From positions 124,001 through 188,000 of the forward strand of contig JAPDFW010000093.1 of the NCBI GenBank assembly GCA_028826165.1: a DNA stretch of 64,000 nucleotides, written 5' to 3'. The notes beneath the pieces were generated by a model. That model was not told the DNA's origin and did no database searches. It was given only the letters and a program-made list of their open reading frames with translations. The translations under genes and the position numbers were made by a program. Shown here piece after piece: positions 46,651 to 60,297 of this stretch (within the stretch, counting starts at the first letter, position 1; the number at the start of each line of letters is the position of its first letter). The DNA is from Anaeramoeba ignava BMAN (Eukaryota; Protista; Anaeramoebae).

Positions 46651-49486
46651 ATGATTTTCGAAAAACGAGATAATTTAACGTCTGTTAAAATGGCTGCTGT
46701 TTCTGCTGATCCTAACTACAGATTTAGAAGAGCAATGGAGGTTAGTTTCTGTTTACTATTAAAAAATTTAAATTTAAAAATTTGAAATTAAAAAATTTGA
46801 AATTAAAAAAATTTGAAATTAAAAAAAAAGACAATTTTTTTTTCTAAAACTTCTAAAATCAAATTTAAAATTCTTTCCAAATTGGAAGTTTTAAACAAAT
46901 TTTAGATTTGCTAAATTAAAAATTTTTTTAGAAATCAATTCAGAATGAATTAAAATTCCAAATTGATTTAAAATTCCAAATTGATTTTAATTTTAATTTT
47001 AATTTTAATTTTAATTTTAATTTTAATTTTAATTTTAATTTTAATTTTAATTTTAATTTTAATTTTAATTTTAATTTTAATTTTAATTTTAATTTTAATT
47101 TTAATTTTAATTTTAATTTTAATTTTAATTTTAATTATAATATTGATTATAAATGAATTTTAATTATAATATTAATTATAATTTTAATATTAATTTTAAT
47201 TTTAATTTTAATTATAATATTAATTATAATATTAATTTTAATTTTAATTTTAATTTTAATATTAATTTTAATTTTAATTTTAATATTAATTATAATATTA
47301 ATTTTAATTTTAATTTTAATTTTAATTTTAATTTTAATTTTAATTTTAATTATAATTTTAATTATAATTATAATTTTAATTTTAATTTTAATTATAATAT
47401 TAATTATAATATTAATTTTAATTTTAATTTGATTTTAATTATAATTTTAATTATAATTTTAATATTAATTTTAATTTTAATTTTAATTTTAATATTAATT
47501 TTAATTTTAATTTATAATTTTAATTTTAATTTTAATTTTAATATTAATTTTAATTTTAATTATAATTTTAATTATAATTTTAATATTAATATTAATTTTA
47601 ATTTTAATTATAATATTAATTATAATATTAATTTTAATATTAATTTTAATATTAATTTTAATTTTAATTTTAATTTTAATTTTAATTTTAATTTTAATTT
47701 TAATTTTAATTTTAATATTAATTTTAATATTAATTATAATATTAATTATAAATTTAATTTTAATTTTAATTTTAATTATAAATTTAATTTTAATTTTAAT
47801 TTTAATTTTAATTTTAATTTTAATTTTAATTTTAATTATAATATTAATTATAATTTTAATATTAATTATAATATTAATTATAATATTAATTTTAATTTTA
47901 ATTTTAATTTTGATATTAATTTTATTTATAAATGAATTTTAATTTTAATTAAAAAAGGATACATATACAATCATTGATAGATTTGGAGGACAAGAAGGTT
48001 GGGGATTTTTTGCAGTTTATGATGGACATGGAGGATCTCAAGTAGCACAATCTGCACAAAAAGAACTTCATAAAGTATTTTTTAAATGTATTCAAAACAG
48101 TTTTCAAGATGATGATGATAATACACTTTTAAATCAAGTTCAAATTAATAAAGAATTCCAAAATGAAAATCAAATGAATTCTAATGATAATAAAAATAGC
48201 GTTAATGATAATAAAAATTTGAATGAAAATAAGGAAATTCCTGAAAAAAAACCGATTGAAAGTAAGAAAATCAAATAAATAATAAATAAATATGAAATAA
48301 ATATGAAATAAATATTAAATATTAAATAATAAATATCAAATAAATATCAAATAAATATGAAATATTAAATATTAAATATTAAATATTAAATAATAAATAA
48401 TAAATATTAAATATCAAATAAATATCAAATAAATATTAAATAATAAATAATAATTATTAATTAATTTTAGAAGATAATAAAAAACAAAATGAAGCTGAAA
48501 GTGATATTGATGATTCTGATTCTGATTCAGGAGAATCAGAAACTGAAGTTGAAACTGAAGTGGAGACAGATCCTGAAATAGAAGTCAATTCAGTTTTCAC
48601 AGAATCTTTTGCAAAAACAATTGAAGAAATTGATGTTTCTACACTTCAAATTAATCGAGTTTTTGCAAAATGTTACTCAGAATTTGATGGTTTAATTCCA
48701 AAAAATAATGGTCTTAATACTGGTGCAACTGCAGTAACTTGTTTTATTATGAAACATAGAGGAAAAAGAATGCTTTTTACTGCGAATATTGGTGATTCTC
48801 GTGCAATTTTAGTGTAATTTTAATTTTAATTTTAATTTAATTTTTAATTTTAATTTTAATTTTAATTTAATTTTTAATTTTAATTTTAAATTTTTGAATA
48901 ATTTTAGTCGTGAAAATAAACCAGTTATGCTAACTTTTGATCATAAACCAACAGTAAAAGAAGAAGAAGAAAGAGTTTCAAAAGCAGGTGGTTTTATTTC
49001 TTCAAACAGAATTCTTGGTAAATATTATAAAAATTGAATTAAATTGAAATAAAATTTGATTTAAATTGAAATAAAATTTAAATTGAAATGAAAAAATTTG
49101 ATTTAAATTTGAATTAACATGAAATGAAATGAAATTGAAATAAAATTTGAATTAACATGAAATGAAATGAAATAATTTAAATTGAAATAAAATTTTAATT
49201 GAAATAAAAAATTTTAGGTCTTTTGGCTGTTTCAAGATCATTCGGAGATTTTTCAATGAAAGAATTTGTTTCACATGAACCATTTACAACAGAATTTGAA
49301 CTCACAGAACAAGATAAAATTTTAATTATTGCATGTGATGGAATTTGGGATGTAATAACAAATGATCAAGCTGTTGAACTTATTAAAGATTTAAAAGATG
49401 CAAGTCAAATGAGTAAAACACTTTTAAATCACGCAATAAAATCTGGTTCAACAGATAATATCACTTGTATGGTTGTTCTGCTTTAG
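46651..49486 (+). CDS. Protein phosphatase 2C; exons 46651-46740, 47958-48261, 48471-48813, 48908-49017, 49219-49486
   Basis: Motifs RRAME|D, FAVYDGHGG, TGATA, TANIGDSRA, DHKP, LAVSRSFGD, IIACDGIWDV and GSTDNIT. Confidence 0.95.
46980..47950. repeat. (ATTTTA)n-type hexamer array in PP2C intron 1
   Basis: Direct inspection. Confidence 0.9.
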
Positions 49487-49853
49487 GATATTTTTTTTTA
49501 CTTTTTTTCATATTTTTTTACTCTTTTTTTTTTTCAAAATTCCTTTTAACATTAGCTTCCTCTTTTTTGTTGCACATTTTCATTTTAATTTTAATTTTCA
49601 TTTTCGTTTTAATTCCACTTTTTTTTTTCATTCCACTTTTTTTTTTTTTAATCAAAAAAAAAATTTAAAAATTAAATAAAAAATTAAAACAAAAAGGAAA
49701 GTTTTTTTTTTATTAAAAATAATTGATTTTTTGTTATTTTTATTTTAATTTTTTTTTTAATTAAAAATTTGAAAAAAAAAAAGAGAAAAAAGTTTGGAAT
49801 TAAAAAAAATTATTCATTCAATCAGTCAATCAATTAATCAATTAATCAATTAA

Positions 49854-52800
49854 TCAATTAATCATTCTTATTTGAATTTTTCTTCTTCTTTTCCTTTGTT
49901 TTCATTTTTACAATTAACTTTGATTTAATTGGTTGTTCATTCATTCCATTTGACATATCATGAATTTTCATAATTCCTGCACGATAACTTTCTTTCTTAA
50001 GACATTCTTTAGCAATTTTTGTGCAAAGAGTATTGTTTATAAATGGGGAGTATTATTTTGTTTATAAATGTAGAATATAATTTTGGAATATTCCTAATTT
50101 TTTATAAAATTATTTATAAAATTAAAATATAAAATTATTATTTATAAAATTATTTAAAAAAATATAAAAATATAAAATTTAAAAATTTATAAAATTAAAT
50201 AAAATTATTTATAAAATTATTTATAAAATTAATTATAAAATTATTTATAAAATTATTTATAAAATTATTTATAAAATTATTTATAAAATTAAATATAAAA
50301 TTAATTATAAAATTATATATAAAATTATATATAAAATTATTTAAAAAATTATTTTATAAAATTATTTATAAAAATGTAGTACAAATTCATAAAATTAAAT
50401 ATAAAATAAAATTAATTATAAAATTAATTAAAAAAATTAAAAATATAAAATTATTTATAAAATTAATTATAAATTATTTAATTTATAAAAAATAAAATTA
50501 TAAAATTATTTATAAATTATTTATAAAAATTATTTATAAAAATTATTTTTATAAAATTAATTATAAAATATTTATAAATTAATTTTATAAAATTAAATAT
50601 AAAATTATTTATATAAAATTAAATATAAAATTATTTATAAAATTTCAAATATATAAAATTATTTATAAAATTATTTATAAAATTATATATATAAAATTAT
50701 TTTATAAATTTATTTAAAAATTTTAAATATAAAATTATTTTTATAAAAATTATTATTTATAAAAATATAAAATTATAAAAATCAATTATAAAATTATAAA
50801 ATTATTTTTATAAAATTATTTATAAAAATTATATAAAATTTTATAAATTATTTATAATTATAAAATTATTTATATTTATAAAATTATTTAAAATTATATA
50901 TAAAATTATTTATAAAAATTATTATTTATAAAATTAAATATTATAAAATTATTTATAAAATTATTTATAAAATTATTTATAAAAAAATTAAATTATTAAA
51001 AATTATTTATAAAATTATTTATAAAATTATTTATAAAATTATTTATAAAATTATTTATAAAATTAAATATAAAATTAACTTACAGCAAATAATCTTCCTT
51101 GCTTCTTTTCGCAATTCATATAAATCATATGAATTCTAACAAACAAAGAATTCTTTGCAAAAAAATCAGCAAAAAAACGAACATCTTTTTGAATTGATTT
51201 CATAGGGTCTTTTTCAAGGGGTCTCAAAGAGGGTTTACCTTTAGCGATTCTTCGAGCCTCTTTTTCAGGGAGACAAAATATAGAATTCAAAGCACGAAGA
51301 CCAGTGATAGTTGTTGCAGGGTCACTGCTAGAAGATATCAACTCAATCATTGACTTGAGATGTTTTGTTCGTTTCAGAAGCTCAAAGACACCAGAATGGA
51401 ACATCAAGCTCTCAGTAAAAAGATCCCAGAGAGCCTTGCTAAACTCGTGGTCGTGAGAGGATCTAAAAATGATGTGAATTTTAGTGAAAAATTCTGGGTT
51501 TTGACAAACATCACTAAAAACAGAGTCTGGTCGAATTAACTCAATTATAAGCCGAATAAGACTTGTTTTGAGGGGATACAGCATCACAGCAGAATCAGAC
51601 ACCATCTGCAGAATTGTTTCTATATTGCTATATTCGATATACAGTTTCCTTTTCTTAGTTGTTACTGCAAAAGAAACTTTGACTTCCTTCGATCGACTCT
51701 CAATTAGTGAGAATTTCGAGAAAGCCTGGCTCATTCTGTGCAGAATATTCGCAATAAAAGATAGTGTTGGATTCCGTAGCTTTTTGATGTAAAATTGTAG
51801 ATGTTTTACAAGTTGAAAAAATAATGATTCCATCAAAATTGGATGGCTTTCGTTTGCTGATGAAAATGCTTGAATTAAAAAATCATGCACTAATTCAACC
51901 ATCAATGGTACACTCATGTTCTCCATATCGTCAGGGTTCATGTTGTCCGGTTGTTGCGGTGGAGACAAGTCATAGATAAGCATCTCCAAATTCGTTGTGT
52001 ATCTGTCAACAAGAAAATTCATCCATGTTGGAATTGAAAGCATTGTTTTCCATATATTTCGACATCCAAAACGCACATGTTGGAACTTAGACACAGCCAT
52101 AAGTCGTATTTGTCCCAATAGGTTGACTTCTTTTGATTTGAGGATATCCTATTTTATTTACAAATCCAAAAATTAAAAAATTAAAATTCATTTATAAAAT
52201 TTAAAATTAAAATAAATTAAAATTCATTTATAAAATTAAAATTAAAATCATTTACAAAAATTAAAATTAAAATTAAATTAAAATTCATTTATAAAATTAA
52301 ATTAAAATTCATTTTGAAAATTCATTTTGAAAATTCATTTTGAAAATTAAAATTTTACATTCAAAACATTATCTTCTGTTTTAATAAAATTAAAATAAAT
52401 TTATCAAAATAAAATTAAAATAAAATTGATATTTTTAAAAACGTAAAATTAAAATAAATTCATTTATAAAATTAAATTAAAATTAAAATTCATTTTGAAA
52501 ATTAAATTAAAATTCATATAAAATTTCATTTATAAAAATTAAAATGATAAAATTAAAATTAAAATTAAAATTAAAATTTTTGTTTAAATTAAAATTCATT
52601 TATGAAATTAAAATAACAAATAAAAAAATTCATTTATAAAATTTAAAATTCGTTTATAAAATTAAAATTTTACATTCAAAACATTATCTTCTGTTTTTTC
52701 GATCAAAATAAAATAATAATGAAGAAATGCTGCTTTAAATAAATCTTTCTTCATAAAAGATGGATTTGATTGTAAAACCATTCCAAATGATGTTCTTAAA

Positions 52801-55800
52801 TTCTTGATTTTTGTTTCGAAAATAATAATGAAGAAACACACTATACTCTAATGATTTAAATTCATCTTTAAATAACTAAATATTCAATCAAAAAAAAAAA
52901 AAATTGAATAAAAAATTTTTCAAAAACATGAATTATTTTAATTTGAGTTTTTTAAATACCAAAGATGATGCATTCCTCATTTCGCTGATAAATGGAAAAA
53001 TGGGGATATGAATATCTTGGAAAAAACACATTGCAAATGATAGAAAATAAAAATTTTGAACGTCTTGTTCATAGATATATTTTTCTAATAATTGTTTTGA
53101 AATGTTTCCTTGAAGAGCTTCCATAACAAGTTGAGATAACTAATTTTTAAATCAATTCAAAAAGAAAAAAAAAAAAGAAGAGAAGAAATATATTTTTATA
53201 TCTTTGTAATCTTGAAATGAATTGATCATAATTTGCCTTACTTTTGCAAAAACTAAATGTGAATGAGAATTATTGAAAATGGACAAAATTTCATAAAAAT
53301 TATTTTCATTAAAAGGAAATAGAAAAGCTTCGCTATAAGACTTTTCTTTGTTGTCTTGTATTGTATAATCAGATAATATATGTGAAAAAATATCATGTGG
53401 TATATCAGAATGAAGAACTGTATGAATCTGTTGAAATCCAAATTTCTCTGGATCAAAAACTTCCTTATCCAAATTTTTTTTTCTTTCGCTTAAATTCTTT
53501 TGAATTTATAAATAAATATCATGAATACATATAAAACACAAAGAGAGAGAAAAATAAATTTACCCATTTTTCTATTTGTTTTGGATTAAACCATGACTGG
53601 ATTGAGTTGTGAAATGTTATATAAGATAATCTATTAATTTCCAAAAGTAGATCTTCACGATATTTTTCTGATTTTTTGAGTTTATAAAGATCAATTTTAT
53701 GATAGACATCATATTGCGGAACATTAAATTTAACTTTCATTCCCTTTTTTGTTTTTGTTTTTTTTTGTTTTTGGAAAATTTTAATTAAATATTTTCCAAT
53801 TTCATGTTTTTGAAAAAAAAAAGATTATATATTTTTTTTTCATTTATGAAATTACATTAATTTCTTCTGGAACATCTTTTGAATTATCAAGTAACTTTTT
53901 TGGAATATCAACTCTTCGAAGTGCAATATTAAAATCAGACGAATTATTTTCATTATTGCCTTTAAAAGGAGCATTAAATTGAGAATTAGAATCAGAAAAC
54001 CACTCTTGTTCCAATTGTCCATGAACTCTCCCAAGAACAGGAGTAATTGATTGAGAAAAAGTTTTGAGATTTTCTGAAATTTTTTCGCTAATTTGAATGA
54101 TAAATTTAGTTAAAGATTGTTGAGTGTCTTGGTCGGCTGTACTCCATAATCCTTCATATTTTTGTCTTGCTAACAGAGCTGATTTCTCAGTTTCTTCTCG
54201 TGAGAGATCTAAATTCATCACAAGTGTCGGCTCGGTTTCTTTCGCTATTTCTTCTTTATCTTCTAAAGTCTCCTTCTTGTCTGAAAGATTTTCTTCTTTA
54301 TTCTCAAAACTTTCTTTTAAAGATTTAAGTGCTTCATAAGGAAAATTAAGAAGCATATTTTCATATCCTTGATTTTTTTTATTTATTGAATATCGTGATA
54401 ATCTTCCAACTAAATTCATTTTCCAATTTAAAAAAGCTGTATCAAAAGTTCGTGTTTTTTTCTTTTTAGTTTGAATTTGTTCCTATTTGAAAAAATTTAA
54501 ATAAAAAATTTAAATTAAAAAATTAAAATTAATGTAAATGAATACTTTGAAAAGTCGTGCTTTCTCTTCAGCTCTTCTTTTTCTTTCTTTCTCTTCTTTT
54601 TCTTCTGCTGTTATAAGACCATACATGTTCACAAAAGAAGAACAATGTGGTGGAAGTGTATCAAGAGTTGATAATGTAAGTTTTTCCCAACGTTTATATG
54701 CTAATTCAAATTCTGATTTAATAACAATTTTTTAAAAGTTATTAAAAAACAAATTTATTTGTTTATTCTAAATTTTTTTTATACAAGAATTTACCTTTAA
54801 AACTCAAGTAATGGGATGGATTTGGAGTTGGTGGAATTAATTGACTATCCCAAAGAGAAATATCTCCCATAAGTTCTTGTGTATCAGGCATATATTCAGG
54901 GAGTTTATCACCTTGTTTAAGCTTAAAAAAGAATAAAATTTGGAAAAAGTTTAATAAAAAATTTTTAAATACAAGACAATTTTGATTAATAATAATAATA
55001 AAAATAATAAAAATAATAATAACAATAATAAAAATAAAAAAAATAATAATTATCCTTTTTTTACTCTTGAAATGGTATTTCTTGGACTGTATGTGTCTGA
55101 CATTTGAAATCCTTTTTTTTCTAATTCTTCACTTTCTTGTGCTATAATTTTCATATCAATATTTGAAGATTTTCTATAATCAACACTTTTTGCTTCACTT
55201 GAAGATGATGTTCTTTCTGTTGATTCTCGATAATGTAAATCAAATTTTTCACTCTAATTTTTTAATATTAATATTAATTTTAATTATAATATTAATTTTA
55301 ATTTTAATTTTAATTTTAATTTTAATTTTAATTTTAATTTTAATTTTAATTTTAAATTTTAATTTTAATTTTAATTTTAATTTTAATTTTAATTTTAATT
55401 TTAATTTTAATTTTAATATTAATTTTAATTTTAATTTTAAATTTAATTTTAATTTTATTTATGATTTTAATTTTAATTTTAGTTTTAATTTTAATTTTAA
55501 TTTTAAATTTAATTTTAATTTTAATTTTAATTTTAATTACTTCTGTTTCAATAACTTGAGGGCGATTAAAAGTTCTCCCCAAAATAATTGGAGGAATTAT
55601 AAAACCCAAAGATAATTCAACAGAAGATTTCCAATCAAGAATAGCTTGTTCATAATCACTAAAGGATTGATAATCATCAATTTTAGGAAAAGGAGGAAAA
55701 TCTTTTAATTTTTGAGGAGCATATTCTAATAAAACTTGTGTTTTTTGATTTTGATTTTCATATTGATTTTGCTTTTCTTTTTCAAAATCTTCTTCTTTTA

Positions 55801-56248
55801 TTGATCTATAATGAATATCATAAATAAATCCTTTTCGATCAAAATATACTGGTATTTTTTCTTTTTTGCTATGAATAATTTCAGGAATTTGTTTTGATAT
55901 TTTTCTTTTTAATCTAGTTGTATTTGGCAAATCTAAATAATAAACATTTTAATTTTTAATATTAATTTTAATTTTAATTTTAATTTTAATTTTAATTTTA
56001 ATATTAATTTTAATTTTAATTTTAATTTTTAATTTTAATTTTAATTTTAATTTTAATTTTAATTTTAATTTTTAATTTTAATTTTGATTTTAATTTTAAT
56101 TTTAATTTTAATTAAAAATTTGTTTATTATCAATCTATTTACATATTGGTTGCCCAATTTTTCCATCTTTTAGTAACTTAGTATTACTTGTATTTCGTGC
56201 AATAGCTTTATCAGCAAAAGATAATCTTGTAGTTTTTTTAGACATCAT
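49854..56248 (-). CDS. Large multi-exon scaffold protein, ScaA (Sca1 complex)-like; last exon appears mis-assembled
   Basis: Start MMSKKTTR at 56248. Repeated PPFPKIDDYQSFSDYEQAILDWK / PPTPNPSHYLSF..ELAYKRW motifs and a helical C-terminus (51075-52118). The family call is from memory. Confidence 0.5.
50100..51075. repeat. 12-mer (TTTATAAAATTA)n degenerate array in last intron of the ScaA-like gene
   Basis: Direct inspection. Confidence 0.9.
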
Positions 56249-56495
56249 TTATTTGTTATTTATTATTGTTATTTGCTTTTTTTTATTTATTAAAATTAAT
56301 TAAATTTATCTAAAAAAAATTGAAGAAAGGAAAAATGAATTTTTTAATTTTGTTTTGTTAAAAAAATAAAAAAAAAAAATTTTAAAAAAAAGAAAAGCAA
56401 AAAAAAAAAGAATTGTTTTTGTTTATTTTTGTTTTTGTTTTATTTAAATTAAAAACAATAATAATTAAAAAGATCAAAAAGAAGAACGATTTATT

Positions 56496-59400
56496 TCATT
56501 TTCTAATACCTCTTTTATCAAAGGAATCAAGCGCTTCTTTTGAAATCCAATCTATAAATGAAATCGATTCAATATTTAATATTCAATTCAATATTCAATT
56601 CAATATTTAATTCAATATTTAATATTCAATATTCAATTCAATTCAATTCAATTCAATATTTAATTCAATATTCAATATTCAATATTCAATATTAACACAA
56701 TTTTTGAATGAAGGAATTATTTTTGAGACAAAATTCAAACACGAGAAATGAGAAAGAGTTTTGTTGTTTTCTATTGTCAAATTCATTCATTTTCTTAAGG
56801 AAATTTTGATTAACTGATTTTTGGATTTTTGAAATTTTTTTTTTTTTAAAATTTTTTTGAATTTGTTTTCAATTAATTTTTTTTTTGGAATGAACTACTT
56901 GTCTTAAATATATTGTTCTCTTCATTCAATTCTAAAATGATTATTCTCACAAAATGACAAAATGAATAAGTTGATTTGATTAAAATTTCTCTAATTACAA
57001 AAATGATCGAAAAAATAGGGTTGCCCCAACCTGTGCAAAATTTCATCTCGTGATTATTTTCCAACAAGATAAGGTAAGCATGTTCTTTTCATCGAAAATT
57101 TGCACAGGTTGCGTCTGATCGATCAAAAAGAATAAAATAAAATCGTTAGTTTTTTCACTACATCAACAAGTTTTTTATTTTTCTCCACTATGAAAAATTA
57201 AGTTGATTTGCGATCAAAATTTCTTCAAAAAAGTCTTTGGATGAATTTGATGTCAAATTGACAAATAAATATCCCAATATTGAAACATTAATCGTATGTT
57301 GATCTTGAATTTTTTTGGAATGAAATTTTATTTGGATCTACTGAACCAAAAAAAAAAAAAAAAAAATTTTTTTTGCCCCAAATCAAAAAATTTTTTGAGA
57401 ATCGGGCAAATTTTTGATCTTTCTCCTTTTGGAAAGAAAAAAATCATTAATCCAAAAATTTTATTTTTTCTTTTCTTTGATTTTTTGGTTTTCTTTTTGA
57501 TTTTGATTCACCTAAAAAACAACAAAAACTCTTTCTCATTTCCAAGAATATCAAATATTCATTCATTGAAAAATTGTGTTATTTAATTCAATTCAATTCA
57601 ATATTCAATATTCAATATTCAATATTCAATATTCAATATTCAATATTCAATATTCAATATTCAATATTTAATTCAATATTCAATTTAATTCAATATTCAA
57701 TATTCAATATTCAATATTCAATATTCAATATTCAATATTCAATATTTAATTCAATATTCAATTTAATTCAATATTTAATATTCAATTCAATATTCAATTC
57801 AATATTCAATATTCAATTCAATATTCAATATTCAATATTCAATATTCAATATTCAATATTCAATATTCAATATTCAATATTCAATTCAATATTCAATTCA
57901 ATATTCAATATTCAATATTCAATATTCAATTCAATATTCAATATTCAATATTCAATATTCAATATTCAATATTCAATATTCAATTCAATATTCAATATTC
58001 AATATTCAATATTCAATATTCAATTCAATATTCAATATTCAATTCAATAATTCAATATTCAATATTCAATTCAATATTCAATATTCAATATTCAATTCAA
58101 TATTCAATATTCAATATTCAATATTCAATTCAATTCAATTCAATTCAATATTCAATATTCAATTCAATATTCAATATTTAATTCAATTCAATATTCAATA
58201 TTCAATATTCAATATTCAATATTCAATATTCAATATTCAATTCAATATTCAATATTCAATTCAATATTCAATATTCAATATTTAATTCAATTCAATATTC
58301 AATATTCAATATTCAATATTCAATATTCAATATTCAATATTCAATATTCAATTCAATATTCAATATTCAATTCAATATTCAATTCAATATTGAATATTCA
58401 ATATTTAATTCAATATTTAATTCAATTCAATATTCAATATTCAATATTCAATATTCAATATTCAATATTCAATATTGAATGCAAAAATATACTTGATTTA
58501 AAAGCATGAGAAAAAGCTTCTTTTAAATTCTTTTTTGGAACATAATTTTCAGGAACCATTTTATGAATTGATTTAATTAAATCTCTTAAAGTTCTTCTAA
58601 TTGTTGTTTCAGTTACTTCAGCTTGTTGACTTAAAGCTTTTTGAGTAATTCTAACTCCTTCAAGTGAAGCTGCAAAATATATTGAAATTGCTGTAATTGT
58701 TCTTGGATTTCTTAAATTTGTAAAACTTCCATCAAGAATTTGTTTTGAAATAAATCCTGCTAAAGTTTCAACTTCACTTCCAAGTGGAATTGATTCAAAA
58801 AATTTTGCCTAAAATAATTAAATTAAGATCAAAAATCAAAAATCAAAAATCAAAAATCAAAAATCAAAAATCAAAAATCAAAAATCAAAAATCAAAAATC
58901 AAAAATCAAAAATCAAAAATCAAAAATCAAATACAATTAAAGAATGAGCAGAAACACTGCAAATAGAACTATTTAAACCTAATTCTTTTGATATAAGATT
59001 TGTTGTTTTTCCCATTTTTTTAGTTGATATTCCTGTTGTTTCAGATATTTCTTTTAAAGTTAATGGAATTGTTTTCTCTCTTGCTGCGATTAAAATAGCT
59101 GAAACAGCAATTCTCCTAATTAAATTTACTCTTGGTTGAACTTTTTTAATATATTGATTTGTTCTATTTTTATAATCCAAATAATTTTATAATTTAAATA
59201 ATATTATAATCCAAATATTTTTATAATCCAAATATTATTATAATTTAAATATTTTTATATTCCAAATATTATATTTTAAATATTTTTATAATCCAAATAT
59301 TATTATAATTTAAATATTTTTATAATTTAAATATTTTTATAATTTAAATAATTTTATAATCTAAATAATTTTATAATTTAAATATTATTATATTCCAAAT

Positions 59401-60205
59401 ATTATATTTTAAATATTTGAATGAAGAAAATTACATTTCAAGAGTTCTTGAGACAATACTCATATCAAGTGATAATTTAATGCATGTTTCATGAATAATA
59501 AAATAAGCAATTGGAAATATTTTTGATTTACCAAATGCTTTTGAATTAATTTCTTCTCCATTTTGAAAAGGATTAATTTTTTCCATGTTACGTGAAAATT
59601 CATCAAGAATTGCTGGCTGTTTTGATGATAAAACTCCAAATAGAGTTTGTGATTGAATATCAATAGTTGAAAATGATGAAATAAATCCTCCTCCTCCATA
59701 AGGATCATTTGGAACCTTTTAAGCAAATATTTTTCAATTTTTAATTTTTGAATTTTTAATTGAATTTTTAATTTAATTTTGAATTTTAATTTCAAATCAA
59801 ACTTCTTCAGATTTAAATTGAAAAGATTCAAGATCTGGACTCATAATATCTAAAGATTTTCCTTGCTTAATATTTAATGATTCAATTGGATAAGGCATAA
59901 ATAATTTTTCTTCAATACAAAAACCACATTCACAAACTAATAATCTTCCAGAATTTCTAAAAATAAATAATTGATAAAAATAAATTTTTCAATTTGATTT
60001 TGATTTTGAATTTGAATTTGAATTTCAATTTCAATTTGAATTTGAAATTGAATTTGAAATTGAATTTGAAATTGAAATTGAATTATTTTGAATTTGAATT
60101 TCAATTTCAATTTCAATTTCAATTTTGATTTATATTTTACATATATTTAAGTTTTGTAGAATTACATTTCGGACATTTTGTTGGAAATTTTGATTGAAAA
60201 TTCAT
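56496..60205 (-). CDS. TFIIB-family transcription factor; exons ~60205-60141, 59956-59804, 59715-59435, 59163-58935, 58808-58493, 56551-56496
   Basis: Zn ribbon CPKC..VCECG, cyclin fold 1 (AILIAAREKTIPLTLKEI) and cyclin fold 2 (RNPRTITAISIYFAA..AEVTETTIRR). The last exon NWISKEALDSFDKRGIRK* is in correct phase. Confidence 0.85.
56568..56693. repeat. (TTCAATA)n heptamer array, left arm
   Basis: Same unit and orientation as 57581-58478. Confidence 0.9.
56694..57580. mobile_element. Candidate non-autonomous TIR element (MITE/foldback-like), 887 bp, intronic
   Basis: Termini are AACACAATTTTT (56694-56705) and AAAAATTGTGTT (57569-57580). A second inverted block lies at 56745-56770 / 57516-57542. 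ATT flanks both sides. There is no credible ORF. Confidence 0.6.
57581..58478. repeat. (TTCAATA)n heptamer array, right arm
   Basis: Direct inspection. Confidence 0.95.
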
Positions 60206-60297
60206 TTAAAAAAAAAATGAAAGAAAAAAAATGAAAAAAAATGTTTTTTTGAAAATGTTTTCTTTTTTTTTTTCATTTTTTCTTTCTTAAAATAAAA
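60206..60297. promoter_or_regulatory. Putative minimal bidirectional promoter
   Basis: 92 bp separate the divergent ATGs. AAAATGAAA occurs twice on the left and TTTCATTTTT once on the right. Confidence 0.5.

Noticed and set aside
50030-50093. Premature stop or pseudogenisation of the ScaA-like last exon
   Set aside because: A local duplication of CATTTATAAACAA next to a noisy repeat array suggests a consensus error.
57016-57022. TAGGGTT as a telomerase RNA template
   Set aside because: Only 7 nt and single; expected by chance, with no supporting structure.
57070-57082. U1 snRNA 5' end on the minus strand (ATGCTTACCTT)
   Set aside because: Mismatched to ATACTTACCTG, and no recognisable U1 stem-loops follow.
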